The notes under the pieces were generated by a model. That model had not been told where the DNA came from. It worked only from the letters and a program-made list of their open reading frames with translations, and made no database searches. A program made the translations under genes and the position numbers. Of a stretch of DNA of 64,000 bases, positions 1-9,735 are shown one piece after another. The first letter of the stretch is position 1. Every line of letters begins with the position of its first letter. The stretch comes from an uncultured Clostridia bacterium (lineage in GTDB: Bacteria > Bacillota > Clostridia > TANB77 > CAG-508), in NCBI GenBank assembly GCA_963931155.1, contig OZ006978.1, positions 1,428,692 through 1,492,691 of the forward strand, written 5' to 3'.

Positions 1-1
1 A

Positions 2-2356
2 ACAGTATTAATCATAGTTATTTTATTATGTGTTCAAGCTGCAACAGACTTAGCCCTTCCAGATTATACATCTAAAATTGTTAATGTTGGGATTCAATAT
101 GGTGGAATAGAAGATGCAATTCCAGAAGTTATTTCAAATGATGTTATGGAAGATTTGTTATTTTTCACGGAAGATGATGATAAAATATTAGAAAATTATG
201 ATTTAGTAAAGGAAAATCCTAATTCTTATCAAGAAAAGATAATTAAAAAATATTTAGGAGAAAACTACAATCTAGGAGCAAGCAACTTATTTATTTTGAA
301 AGCACTTGATGATGAGCAAAAAAGCAATTTAGAAAGTTTACTAGTTTCTCCACTTGTAGAGTATGGTGCAGTAACAAATGAAGAAACTGCAAAGCAAATT
401 AAAGAACAAATTATGCAAAAGATGTCGGAAGATAGTGCAACATTGGAAAAACAAACAAATGGGCAATCGGTTAATTTATTAGCGGAAAGTGAAAAGATTG
501 ACAATTCTCAACTGGAAGATGAAATTATTAAAGGTGCAAATAAGCATGCTCAAGTGCTAACTCCAGATAACATACAAAATATAAGCATAATGGAAATACT
601 AGAGAATATGCCAGAAGAACAAAAAACAATAGTATTAGATCAATTTACTAACAAACTAAACCAGATGTCAGATTCGTTAAAACAGCAAGCGGCAATAGGT
701 GAGGTAAAGACAATTTATAGCAATATGGGAATAGATACAGATAAGTTGCAGAACAATTATATTTTAGTTGAAGGCTTACAAATGCTTGGTATAGCTCTTA
801 TAAGTATGATTTCAGCAGTTTCTATAATGTTATGTTCTTCAAGAGTTGCTGCAAGACTTGGAAGAACTTTAAGGGACAAAGTATTCAAAAAAGTTTTAAG
901 ATTTTCAACTGCAGAGCTTAGAGAATTTTCAACCGCATCATTAATTACACGTAGTACAAATGATATACAACAAATACAAATGTTAATTGCTATTTTATTT
1001 AGAGTAGTTGTATATGCACCAATTATTGGCATTGGAGGATTTGTAAAAGTTTTAACAACAAGTGATAATTCAATGGCTTGGATTATAGGAGTAGCTATAC
1101 TTGCAATATTGTTTATAGTAGGAACATTGTTTATAGTTGCAATGCCTAAATTTAGAAAATTGCAAGATTTAATAGACAAGCTAAATCAAGTATCAAGAGA
1201 AATTCTAACAGGACTTCCTGTAATTAGAGCTTTCAATACTGAAAAGAAAGAAGAAAAACGTTTTGATAACTCAAATAAGGATTTAATGAAAGCAAATATA
1301 TTTGTAAATAGGGCAATGTCAATGATGATGCCACTTCTAATGTTTATTATGAGTTCTATAACAGTATTAATTGTATGGGTAGGTGCACAAAGAATAGATG
1401 CTGGAATATTACAAGTTGGAGATATGATGGCATTTATCCAATATACAATGCAAATTGTAATGGCATTCTTAATGATTTCTATAATCTCAATTATGCTACC
1501 AAGAGCTCAAGTATCTGCAAGACGTATTAATGAAGTATTAAATACAGAACCTAGTATAGAAGATAAGAAAGAAACAAAACAATTTGATCAAAATAAAAAA
1601 GGCTTGGTAGAATTTAAAAATGTATCATTTAGATATCCAGATGCAGATACAGAGATACTTGAAGATTTAAGCTTTACAGCAGAACCAGGCAAAACCACAG
1701 CCATAATAGGAAGCACGGGTAGTGGTAAATCTACAGTAGTTAATTTGATACCAAGATTTTATGATGTAACAGAAGGCGAACTTTTAGTAGATGGTGTAAA
1801 TGTTAAAGATGTGGCACAAAAAGATTTAAGAGATAGGATAGGTTTTGTACCACAAAAAGGTATATTATTCTCTGGAACTATAGAATCAAATATTAAATAT
1901 GCAGATGATAATATGTCTGACGAGCAAATGAAAATGGCAGCAGAAATAGCACAAGCTACAGAATTTATAAATACAAAAACAGAAAAATATAAAGATCCAA
2001 TAGCACAAGGTGGAGGCAATGTATCTGGAGGACAAAAACAACGTTTATCTATAGCAAGAGCAATTGCAAAAGATCCAGAAATATTTATATTTGACGATAG
2101 TTTCTCAGCATTAGATTTTAAAACAGATAGTGAATTACGTGAAGCATTAGCAGAAAAAACTGATAACAAAACAGTAATTATAGTTGCTCAAAGAATTAGT
2201 ACTATATTAAATGCAGATAAGATTATAGTATTAGAAGAAGGAAAAATAGTAGGACAGGGAACACATGAAGAATTAATGGAAAATAATGAAACATATAAGC
2301 AAATAGCATTATCACAACTTTCAGAAGATGAATTAAAAGGGAAAGGAGGAAAATAG
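2..2356 (+). CDS. ABC transporter ATP-binding/permease (type I exporter half-transporter), 5' partial. The ORF is open from the window edge: the upstream in-frame text TVLIIVILLCVQAATDLALPDY is exporter TM1, followed by a ~200-aa insertion before TM2.
   Basis: Walker A GSTGSGKST, ABC signature LSGGQKQRLSIARA, Walker B IFIFDDSFSALD, six-TM-like N-terminal half. The reading frame continues upstream of the first ATG at 146. The stop overlaps the start of the partner gene. Confidence 0.85.
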   Translation, partial: TVLIIVILLCVQAATDLALPDYTSKIVNVGIQYGGIEDAIPEVISNDVMEDLLFFTEDDDKILENYDLVKENPNSYQEKIIKKYLGENYNLGASNLFILKALDDEQKSNLESLLVSPLVEYGAVTNEETAKQIKEQIMQKMSEDSATLEKQTNGQSVNLLAESEKIDNSQLEDEIIKGANKHAQVLTPDNIQNISIMEILENMPEEQKTIVLDQFTNKLNQMSDSLKQQAAIGEVKTIYSNMGIDTDKLQNNYILVEGLQMLGIALISMISAVSIMLCSSRVAARLGRTLRDKVFKKVLRFSTAELREFSTASLITRSTNDIQQIQMLIAILFRVVVYAPIIGIGGFVKVLTTSDNSMAWIIGVAILAILFIVGTLFIVAMPKFRKLQDLIDKLNQVSREILTGLPVIRAFNTEKKEEKRFDNSNKDLMKANIFVNRAMSMMMPLLMFIMSSITVLIVWVGAQRIDAGILQVGDMMAFIQYTMQIVMAFLMISIISIMLPRAQVSARRINEVLNTEPSIEDKKETKQFDQNKKGLVEFKNVSFRYPDADTEILEDLSFTAEPGKTTAIIGSTGSGKSTVVNLIPRFYDVTEGELLVDGVNVKDVAQKDLRDRIGFVPQKGILFSGTIESNIKYADDNMSDEQMKMAAEIAQATEFINTKTEKYKDPIAQGGGNVSGGQKQRLSIARAIAKDPEIFIFDDSFSALDFKTDSELREALAEKTDNKTVIIVAQRISTILNADKIIVLEEGKIVGQGTHEELMENNETYKQIALSQLSEDELKGKGGK

Positions 2357-4177
2357 ATGCCAGGACCAATGGGTGGACCTATGAGAAGAGGTAGGTCAAC
2401 AGAAAAGCCAAAAGATTTTAAAAAGACTACTAAAAAATTAATAGATTCATATTTATCTAAATATAAAATTGGCTTAATAGTAGTAATTATCTTTGCAATA
2501 GGAAGCACTATATTTACTATAGTAGGACCAAAAATATTAGGAAATGCTACAACAGAAATATTTAATGGAATAGTTAGCAAATTATCTGGTGGAAGCGGAA
2601 TAGATTTTGGTAAAATTGGACAAATAGCTCTTATGCTTCTTGGACTTTATTTACTAAGTGCAATATTTTCCTTCATTCAAGGATTTACAATGACAGGAAT
2701 AGCACAAAAACTAACATATAGAATACGTAACGACATAGCAGTAAAAATTAATAAACTTCCAATGAACTACTTTGACAAAAAAACACATGGTGAAGTTTTA
2801 TCAATAATCACAAACGATATAGATACATTAAGCATGAATTTAAACCAAAGCATAACACAAATAATCACATCAATATGTACATTAATAGGAATATTAATAA
2901 TGATGTTTTCTATAAGCTGGCAAATGACACTAATATCTCTAGTAATCTTGCCAATAGCATCAGTTGTTGTAAAAATAATAGTAGGAAGATCTCAGAAATA
3001 TTTTAGCAGGCAACAAGATTATCTAGGACATGTAAATGGTCAAGTAGAAGAAATATATGGTGGACTTACAGTAGTAAAAGCTTTTAATGCAGAAGAAAAA
3101 GTTACAAAAGCATTTGATAAAGCAAATGAAGAATTATTTAAATCAGCATGGAAATCACAATTTTTATCTGGTTTGATGCATCCAGTAATGAACTTTATAT
3201 CTAACATTGGATATGTAGGAGTAGCAGTAGCAGGAGGATATTTAGCAATAAATGGAACAATTACAGTTGGAAATATTCAAAGTTTTATTCAATATAATAG
3301 ACAATTTACACAGCCAATAAACCAAATTGCACAAATATCAAGTATGCTACAAGCAATGGTTGCAGCAGCAGAAAGAGTATTTGAATTCTTGGAAGAACCA
3401 GAAGAACTAAACACAGCAAAAGGAAACATAGACACAGAAAAACTACAAGGAAATGTAGAATTTAACCATGTAAAATTTGGATATAACCCAGACAGAACAA
3501 TCATAAAAGATTTTAGTGCAGTAGTAAAAGAAGGCCAAAAAATTGCAATTGTTGGACCAACTGGAGCAGGAAAAACAACAATGGTAAAACTTCTTATGAG
3601 ATTTTATGATGTAACAGATGGAGCAATTTATGTAGACGGGCATAATATAAAGGATTTTGACAGAGGAGAATTACGTAAAATGTTTGGTATGGTACTTCAA
3701 GATACATGGCTATTTGGAGGTACCGTAAAAGATAATATAAAATACGGAAAAGATGATGCAACAGATGATGAAATAATAGAAGCAGCAAAAGCAGCACATG
3801 TACATCACTATATAAAAACATTGCCAAAAGGATACAACTCAATAATAAATGAAGAATCTTCAAACATATCAGCAGGTCAAAAACAACTATTAACCATAGC
3901 AAGAGTAATATTAGCAGACCCTAAAATATTAATTTTAGACGAAGCAACAAGTTCAATAGACACAAGAACAGAAATACAAATACAAGCTGCGATGGATAAT
4001 CTTATGAAGGGAAGAACAAGTTTTGTAATAGCACATAGATTATCAACAATAAAAAATTCTGATTTGATATTAGTTATGAATGGCGGAGATATAGTAGAAC
4101 AAGGAACGCATAAGGAATTACTTGCAAAAGGAGGATTCTATGCAGACTTATACAACAGCCAATTCGACGAGCTTTGA
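2357..4177 (+). CDS. ABC transporter ATP-binding/permease, partner of a heterodimeric exporter
   Basis: Walker A GPTGAGKTT, signature ISAGQKQLLTIARV, Walker B ILILDEATSSID, H-loop AHRLST. The ATG abuts the TAG of the upstream gene, consistent with translational coupling. Confidence 0.9.
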   Translation: MPGPMGGPMRRGRSTEKPKDFKKTTKKLIDSYLSKYKIGLIVVIIFAIGSTIFTIVGPKILGNATTEIFNGIVSKLSGGSGIDFGKIGQIALMLLGLYLLSAIFSFIQGFTMTGIAQKLTYRIRNDIAVKINKLPMNYFDKKTHGEVLSIITNDIDTLSMNLNQSITQIITSICTLIGILIMMFSISWQMTLISLVILPIASVVVKIIVGRSQKYFSRQQDYLGHVNGQVEEIYGGLTVVKAFNAEEKVTKAFDKANEELFKSAWKSQFLSGLMHPVMNFISNIGYVGVAVAGGYLAINGTITVGNIQSFIQYNRQFTQPINQIAQISSMLQAMVAAAERVFEFLEEPEELNTAKGNIDTEKLQGNVEFNHVKFGYNPDRTIIKDFSAVVKEGQKIAIVGPTGAGKTTMVKLLMRFYDVTDGAIYVDGHNIKDFDRGELRKMFGMVLQDTWLFGGTVKDNIKYGKDDATDDEIIEAAKAAHVHHYIKTLPKGYNSIINEESSNISAGQKQLLTIARVILADPKILILDEATSSIDTRTEIQIQAAMDNLMKGRTSFVIAHRLSTIKNSDLILVMNGGDIVEQGTHKELLAKGGFYADLYNSQFDEL

Positions 4178-4347
4178 GGGAGGAAAAAGTAGAATATTTT
4201 GTTTTGAAAAATTTTTAATTATTGCGAATTCGCCATAATTAAAAGTCAAGCAGGTTTAAATAGTTACAAAATAAGTGTTAAAGAATGGTCAAATAAAACA
4301 AATGCAATTGTGGCCTGCCTCCTTTTGTAAATCTAGTAAACATAAAA

Positions 4348-4392
4348 AATCGTGCCATTAGGGTATGCCCCAATGACACGATTTTTTTATTG
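4348..4392. terminator. Bidirectional rho-independent terminator between the ABC operon (+) and the 4387-4758 gene (-)
   Basis: Inverted repeat AATCGTGCCATT...AATGACACGATT, preceded by an A-run and followed by a T-run. Confidence 0.6.
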
Positions 4393-4758
4393 TTGTTCTC
4401 CTGGTAGGAAGTAATCAACAACACCATATACTAAAGCACCTACTATAGCTGCAATCCAAGATACTGTGTATCCTGCAACGAAATATTGTGTTACATATAA
4501 AACTACTGCAGATAGAACAAATCCTACGAAACCTTTACCAAAGCTACTTGCATGTAAGCCAGTAAATCTAGTAATTAAATAATCTATAACTGTAAGAACT
4601 ACTGCAGCGGCAGCTAATGCCCAAATATTGCTAATCTGAAAACCTGGGGTGAAAAATGCTGTAATAGCAAGAACAATTGCTGCTGTAACTAGTCTTCCGA
4701 CAACTTGCCATACTGTAGAGGTAGTATTACCTCTTGATTGAGCTTGATTATTTTCCAT
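4387..4758 (-). CDS. Small four-TM membrane protein, DUF360 / phage-holin-family-like
   Basis: 123 aa with four hydrophobic helices and a glycine-rich helix pattern typical of the 'phage holin family protein' (YvlD-like) group. RBS GGAGG lies upstream of the ATG on the minus strand. Confidence 0.55.
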   Translation of the reverse strand: MENNQAQSRGNTTSTVWQVVGRLVTAAIVLAITAFFTPGFQISNIWALAAAAVVLTVIDYLITRFTGLHASSFGKGFVGFVLSAVVLYVTQYFVAGYTVSWIAAIVGALVYGVVDYFLPGEQQ

Positions 4759-5104
4759 ATAAACCTCCTCATATAAATCTATTTAAACAGATTAAAATGT
4801 AGAAAATTAAAAAGCTTATAGGTTATAGATATATAATCTATATCAAAGATAAAATAAAATTAATCAAAATTTAATTAATATTTTTTTGATTATTGCTAAT
4901 TAAAATAAAAAAATTTTTATTTTAATTATAATCTTTGATATTACTAATATTATTTGCAGAAAAAAATATTTTATACAAATATTTAGATTAATGAATAATC
5001 CGATAAAAATTGCAAAAAATAAATATAAAACAGAAATATAAATAAGAAATTAGTCTAAATAATTAAAAAAATTAAAATCAAAAAAGTTTAAAACTAAAAG
5101 TAAT

Positions 5105-5133
5105 TGACAAGATAATCAGAAACTATAAATTGA
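5105..5133 (+). promoter_or_regulatory. Sigma-A-like promoter for the DUF421 gene
   Basis: TTGACA, 17 nt, TATAAA, followed by RBS AAAGGAG and the ATG at 5154. Confidence 0.4.
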
Positions 5134-5153
5134 CAAATTTAAAGGAGATTTAA

Positions 5154-5828
5154 ATGCTAATAACCTTTTTAAGAACAATATTTTTATACATAATTGTTTT
5201 AATTGTAATGAGATTAATGGGCAAAAGAGAAATTGGACAATTACAACCATTTGAGCTTGCTATATCTATTATGATAGCAGATTTAGCATCAACCCCTATG
5301 GCGGATCCGGGCATACCAATAATAAATGGGATAATTCCAATTTTGGCTTTGTTAGTAATGCATTTAATTATATCAATGATAAATATAAAAAGTATAAAAG
5401 CAAGAACAATACTATGCGGACAGCCTACAATTCTTATATACAGAGGACGAATTGATGAAAAAATGTTGAAAAAGGAAAGATTTACTGTAAATGAATTAGA
5501 AGAAAGACTTAGAGGTAATAATATATTTAATGTTGGAGATGTAGAATATGCAATTTTAGAAACAAGTGGGCAAATAACTGTAATAGAAAAACCAGAAAAA
5601 AGAGTAGTTACTTTGGAAGATTTAAAAATTAAAGGTGATTACGAAGGTATACCATATGATTTAGTAGTAGATGGAAAAGTAATGTATGAGAATTTAAAAA
5701 AATTGGACAAAGACTATAATTGGCTAAAAAAACAAGTTGCAAAATTTGGAATTGAACCAAATGAGGCTCTATTGGTTACAATAGATGGAAATGGAAAATT
5801 CTTTTGTCAAGAAAAAAGTTTGAAATAA
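5154..5828 (+). CDS. DUF421 (YetF/YdfS family) membrane protein
   Basis: Family pattern: N-terminal TM segments and the ...QPFELAISIMIADLAS... motif, with a C-terminal soluble domain. Confidence 0.8.
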   Translation: MLITFLRTIFLYIIVLIVMRLMGKREIGQLQPFELAISIMIADLASTPMADPGIPIINGIIPILALLVMHLIISMINIKSIKARTILCGQPTILIYRGRIDEKMLKKERFTVNELEERLRGNNIFNVGDVEYAILETSGQITVIEKPEKRVVTLEDLKIKGDYEGIPYDLVVDGKVMYENLKKLDKDYNWLKKQVAKFGIEPNEALLVTIDGNGKFFCQEKSLK

Positions 5829-5882
5829 TTAAATGTATCAAAGTTAAATATAAAGGGCATTGTGGAGGCATTGGGGATAAAT

Positions 5883-6269
5883 ATGAAGAAAGAGATGATA
5901 ATTTGTATAATAATTATTGCTTTAATTATTATAACTAATATAATTGCTCAAAATTATACAAAGAATTGTGTAGAAGATATAACAAAGGGATTATATGACT
6001 TAGAAGATGATATATTAAAAAAACAAAATGATAATCAAATTCTTCAAAAAATATATGATATAGACACAAAATGGCATAAATTTCATAACACATTGGCTTT
6101 TTATATTGAGCATGATGAACTAGAAAAAGTAGAAACTGAGATTTCAAATATAAAGGGATTAGAAAAGGTTAATAAATATGATGATATGTTGCCACAAATA
6201 GAAGAGTGTATCTTTTTATTAGAACACATACGAGATAAACACACATTAACGGCTATAAATATTTTTTAA
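5883..6269 (+). CDS. DUF4363-like small membrane-anchored protein, the usual partner of DUF421
   Basis: Single N-terminal TM then a helical domain with a W/H-containing pattern. It sits directly downstream of the DUF421 gene, as in clostridial genomes. The start is chosen at the internal ATG (MKKEM); the track ORF begins at a GTG at 5862. Confidence 0.5.
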   Translation: MKKEMIICIIIIALIIITNIIAQNYTKNCVEDITKGLYDLEDDILKKQNDNQILQKIYDIDTKWHKFHNTLAFYIEHDELEKVETEISNIKGLEKVNKYDDMLPQIEECIFLLEHIRDKHTLTAINIF

Positions 6270-6324
6270 TTGAGACATTATCACATTTCTTTCATACATG
6301 TACAATCCTTTAAGTAAAGCTACT

Positions 6325-6353
6325 TTGACTTTAGTACCCCAAAATGGTATAAT
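6325..6353 (+). promoter_or_regulatory. Near-consensus sigma-A promoter
   Basis: TTGACT, 17 nt, extended -10 TGgTATAAT. A ~90-nt leader follows, carrying two hairpins (GCTCACTT..AAGTGGGC and ATCAAACC..GGTTTGAT) before an RBS GGGGA. Confidence 0.55.
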
Positions 6354-6446
6354 ATTTTAAATATCCTATTGGAAAGCTCACTTGTAAGTGGGCCAAAATC
6401 AAACCTATAAGGTTTGATGACTACTTAAAGAGATGGGGAAACTACA

Positions 6447-6743
6447 ATGTTGGTACGCAATATTTTTTGGCTGGTATCTATCTCGGCTCTGCTGGTGGTT
6501 TTGGTTGACATCGGAGTTCGTAGTGTGCTCACAATTAAGCACGAGTACGATACAATGAATGGTCTCAAGCTTCGGCTTGTTACTTCTTCAGCAATGTGTG
6601 CACTTTCGTTGCTGGTAGCTCTAACAAGTGGATCTGTGAGGGTTAACAAGATTGTATCTACTGCTATGATTGTGGTGTCTCTGCTTTATCTGATTAATAT
6701 CATTTCAATTATTATCAAGAGAAAGAAGCTCGAGCAGGATTAG
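6447..6743 (+). CDS. Small (98 aa) three-TM membrane protein of unknown function with anomalous composition
   Basis: ORF with an RBS 8 nt upstream. Codon usage is conspicuously GC-rich (GCT, CTG, CTC, CGT, GGT) compared with all neighbouring genes. It is followed by a terminator. Confidence 0.45.
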   Translation: MLVRNIFWLVSISALLVVLVDIGVRSVLTIKHEYDTMNGLKLRLVTSSAMCALSLLVALTSGSVRVNKIVSTAMIVVSLLYLINIISIIIKRKKLEQD

Positions 6744-6796
6744 CAGGACCATCAAAGGCAAGAGAAAGGAGAACCTTATAGGAAAGGGATTTACAA

Positions 6797-6838
6797 AGGG
6801 TAGATGTCGATGCATCTGCCCGCTATTTTTTTGTATAG
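6797..6838 (+). terminator. Rho-independent terminator
   Basis: GGGTAGATG-tcgatg-CATCTGCCC followed by a T7 run. Confidence 0.6.
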
Positions 6839-6946
6839 GAAAAGAGGCAAAAAATTTCTGGCAAATATAGGCAAAATACTTGAATAAATTTTTCACATAT
6901 GATAAAATACTATATGTTATGAAATGAGATAAAGTGAGGGAGAAAT

Positions 6947-7198
6947 ATGATAGAAATAATAAGAAATGTAGTATTAGTTATATATGTGTTAGTTTGCGTT
7001 GTTTTAATAATCTTAGCAACAATACAAGCTAAAGACCAAAGTGGTGCATCTCAAACAATAACAGGAGCTGCTGCAAACAACTTCTATGAGCAAAACAAAG
7101 GTAGAACAAAAGAAGGAAAAATAAAAAGAGCAACAGTTATTTCAGGAGTATTGTTTGTTGTACTTGCTGTAGCACTTTCAATATTAATGGTTATGTAA
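6947..7198 (+). CDS. secG: Preprotein translocase subunit SecG
   Basis: ~80 aa, two TM helices separated by a Gly/Ala-rich loop (QSGASQTITGAAANNF). It lies immediately upstream of rnr, the conserved Firmicutes secG-rnr arrangement. Confidence 0.7.
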   Translation: MIEIIRNVVLVIYVLVCVVLIILATIQAKDQSGASQTITGAAANNFYEQNKGRTKEGKIKRATVISGVLFVVLAVALSILMVM

Positions 7199-7389
7199 TT
7201 AAAATATATTGAATAAATGAGGGGCATATATATCTAATAAAAAGTATATATGTTCTTTTATTTTGTTATAGATAAGTTTTAAACTATATTTTTTAACGGG
7301 AAAATATGATTTAAGTTATCGTATATCCATACGAAAATGTATAGACAAATTACAGCGAAAAAATAAAAAATATAAAGGAAAGAAAGATT

Positions 7390-9465
7390 ATGAAACATAA
7401 AAGAAATCATAAAAAAGATTTGAAGAAATTAAATAAAAAACAGTCAAACATAAAAAGAGTAAAAATTAGAGAAAAACATAAAACAAGTAAATTAAGTAAA
7501 ATAGATTATAAGATTGAAAGTAGTGGCTTCGAAAACATTATTACTAAAGAAATTGATGCTAAAAGTATAAAAAATAAAGGTAATAGCACTAAAAATCTAA
7601 GCAATCAAAAACCAAAAGTAAAAGAAAATAGCAAAATATTTGACTTAGAAAAAGATACAATTGTAGGCATATTTCAAAAAAGTAGAAACTTTGGATTTGT
7701 TGTACCAGATGATAAAAAGCTAGGTTCAGATATTTTTATATCAAAAAAGGATTGCATGAAAGCAAAAAATAATCAAAAGGTTGTAGTAAAAATTACTAAA
7801 ATGCCACATGCTGATAAAAGTGCTGAAGGAAAAATAATTGAAATAATAGGTGATATAGACCAAGCAGGTGTTGACATGATATCACTTATTAAAGAATATG
7901 ATTTACCATATGAATTTCCAGAAAGAGTTATAAATCAGGCTAAATCTATAAGTCAAACCATAGATGAAAAAGACATTAAAAACAGAAGAGATTTAAGAAA
8001 CGAAGAGATTTTTACAATAGATGGAGAAGATGCAAAGGATTTAGATGATGCTGTGAATGTAAAAGAATTGCCTAATGGAAATTACATGTTAGGTGTGCAT
8101 ATAGCAGATGTAAGTCACTATGTAAAAGAAGGCTCAGCATTAGATAAAGAAGCTGTTTTAAGAGGCACAAGTGTGTACATGCTAGATAGAGTTATACCAA
8201 TGCTTCCAGTAGAATTATCAAATGGGATATGTAGTTTAAATGAGAAACAAGATAGATTTGCAATTTCTTGTGAGATGGAAATAAACAAAGAAGGAAAAGT
8301 AGTTTCATCAGATATATTTAAAAGTGTTATAAATGTTACTAAAAGAATGAGTTATACAAATGTACAAAAAATTTTAGAAGGTTCAGATGAAAAAGTCACA
8401 AAAGAATATGCAAATTATATTAATCATTTTAAATTAATGGAAAAGCTTGCACATATATTAAAAACAAGAAGAGAAAAAAATGGTTCATTAAATTTAGATA
8501 TTCCAGAAACTAAAGTAGTATTAGACGAAAATGGTATTGCAGTAGATATAAAAAAATATGAATTAACATTTGCAAATGAAATAATAGAACAATTCATGCT
8601 TACTGCAAATGAAACAGTAGCTGAAAAATTCTTTTGGTTAGAAGCACCATTCATCTACAGAGTTCATGAAGCACCAGATATGGAAAAAGTAGCAGAACTA
8701 AATAAATTCTTATTTAATCTAGGATATAAAGTAAAAACAAGCAAAGAAGAAGTTCATCCAAAAGCATTTGCTGTGGTTTTAGAAGAAATACAAGGCAAAC
8801 CAGAAGAAAGAGTAATATCAAACCTAATTTTAAGAACATTAAAAGTAGCAAGATACGAAAGTGAAAACAAAGGACACTTTGGAATTGCAAGTAAATATTA
8901 TTGCCACTTTACATCTCCAATTAGAAGATATCCAGACTTATTTATCCACAGAATAATATCAAAATATTTAAAAAATGGATATAATATGTCTGATGAAGAA
9001 ATAGCAAAATATAGTGTGCAAGCAACAAGATATGCAGAAAGTTCATCAGAAAGAGAAAAAGTCGCACAGAAAGTGGAAAGAGAAAGTGTAGATATAAAAA
9101 TGGCGGAATATATGCAATCACATATTGGTGAAGAATATGATGGAATTATATCTAGCATAATGTCGTTTGGAGTATTTGTAGAATTAGAAAATACAGTAGA
9201 AGGTATGATAAGATTTGAAGATTTAGGAGACGAATATTTCATATATGATGAAAACACAAAAACATTACTTGGAGAGAGTAGCAAAAAAATGTATCATATA
9301 GGAGACAGCATTAGAATTAAAGTTATAAAAGCAAACAAAGAACTAAGGCAAATCGACTTCGCATTGTCATCTTTGGGGACAGGCTCTTTACTGCCAAACA
9401 TGTCACCTAAGGGGACAGGCTCTTTACTGCCAAACATGTCACCTAAAGGGACAGACTCTTTATAG
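7390..9465 (+). CDS. rnr: Ribonuclease R (RNB-family 3'-5' exoribonuclease) with an unusual lysine-rich N-terminal extension and a C-terminal 12-aa tandem repeat
   Basis: Cold-shock/OB region, RNB catalytic motifs (DGEDAKDLDDAV, HFGIASKYYCHFTSPIRRYPD) and a C-terminal S1 domain. Confidence 0.9.
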   Translation: MKHKRNHKKDLKKLNKKQSNIKRVKIREKHKTSKLSKIDYKIESSGFENIITKEIDAKSIKNKGNSTKNLSNQKPKVKENSKIFDLEKDTIVGIFQKSRNFGFVVPDDKKLGSDIFISKKDCMKAKNNQKVVVKITKMPHADKSAEGKIIEIIGDIDQAGVDMISLIKEYDLPYEFPERVINQAKSISQTIDEKDIKNRRDLRNEEIFTIDGEDAKDLDDAVNVKELPNGNYMLGVHIADVSHYVKEGSALDKEAVLRGTSVYMLDRVIPMLPVELSNGICSLNEKQDRFAISCEMEINKEGKVVSSDIFKSVINVTKRMSYTNVQKILEGSDEKVTKEYANYINHFKLMEKLAHILKTRREKNGSLNLDIPETKVVLDENGIAVDIKKYELTFANEIIEQFMLTANETVAEKFFWLEAPFIYRVHEAPDMEKVAELNKFLFNLGYKVKTSKEEVHPKAFAVVLEEIQGKPEERVISNLILRTLKVARYESENKGHFGIASKYYCHFTSPIRRYPDLFIHRIISKYLKNGYNMSDEEIAKYSVQATRYAESSSEREKVAQKVERESVDIKMAEYMQSHIGEEYDGIISSIMSFGVFVELENTVEGMIRFEDLGDEYFIYDENTKTLLGESSKKMYHIGDSIRIKVIKANKELRQIDFALSSLGTGSLLPNMSPKGTGSLLPNMSPKGTDSL
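9375..9465 (+). repeat. Tandem 36-bp direct repeat (2.5 copies) encoding GTGSLLPNMSPK at the 3' end of rnr
   Basis: Two exact copies and one partial copy, read directly from the sequence. Confidence 0.9.
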
Positions 9466-9621
9466 TTAAACCATTAAATTAGGTACAATCAAGCAAAAAA
9501 CTGCTAAAACATACAAAACTATTCCAACAACCTTATTGTTGTTATCATGAAATTCTGTATAACCAACTACAACAGTTTCTAGAAAAGCATATACTGATGC
9601 TAAAAAAATAACAAAACTCAT
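9466..9621 (-). CDS. Possible 51-aa two-TM micro-protein (absent from the ORF track because it is shorter than 60 aa)
   Basis: ATG with a GGAGGT RBS 7 nt upstream on the minus strand, and two hydrophobic helices (MSFVIFLASVYAFLETVVVGY...GIVLYVLAVFCLIV). Confidence 0.3.
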   Translation of the reverse strand: MSFVIFLASVYAFLETVVVGYTEFHDNNNKVVGIVLYVLAVFCLIVPNLMV

Positions 9622-9735
9622 AAGTGTAACCTCCAAACCTTAATGTAACAAAACTAATTAATTAGTATAATGCAAATTTGTAAAATAAACAACATAATGC
9701 AAATAGCATAGTACAAACAGCACATTAATAAGCAT

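Noticed and set aside
9466-9735. Expected smpB/ssrA (tmRNA) downstream of rnr
   Set aside because: There is no SmpB ORF, tRNA-like 3' end or tmRNA tag-reading-frame signature in this window. The region holds only a micro-ORF and the ger operon.
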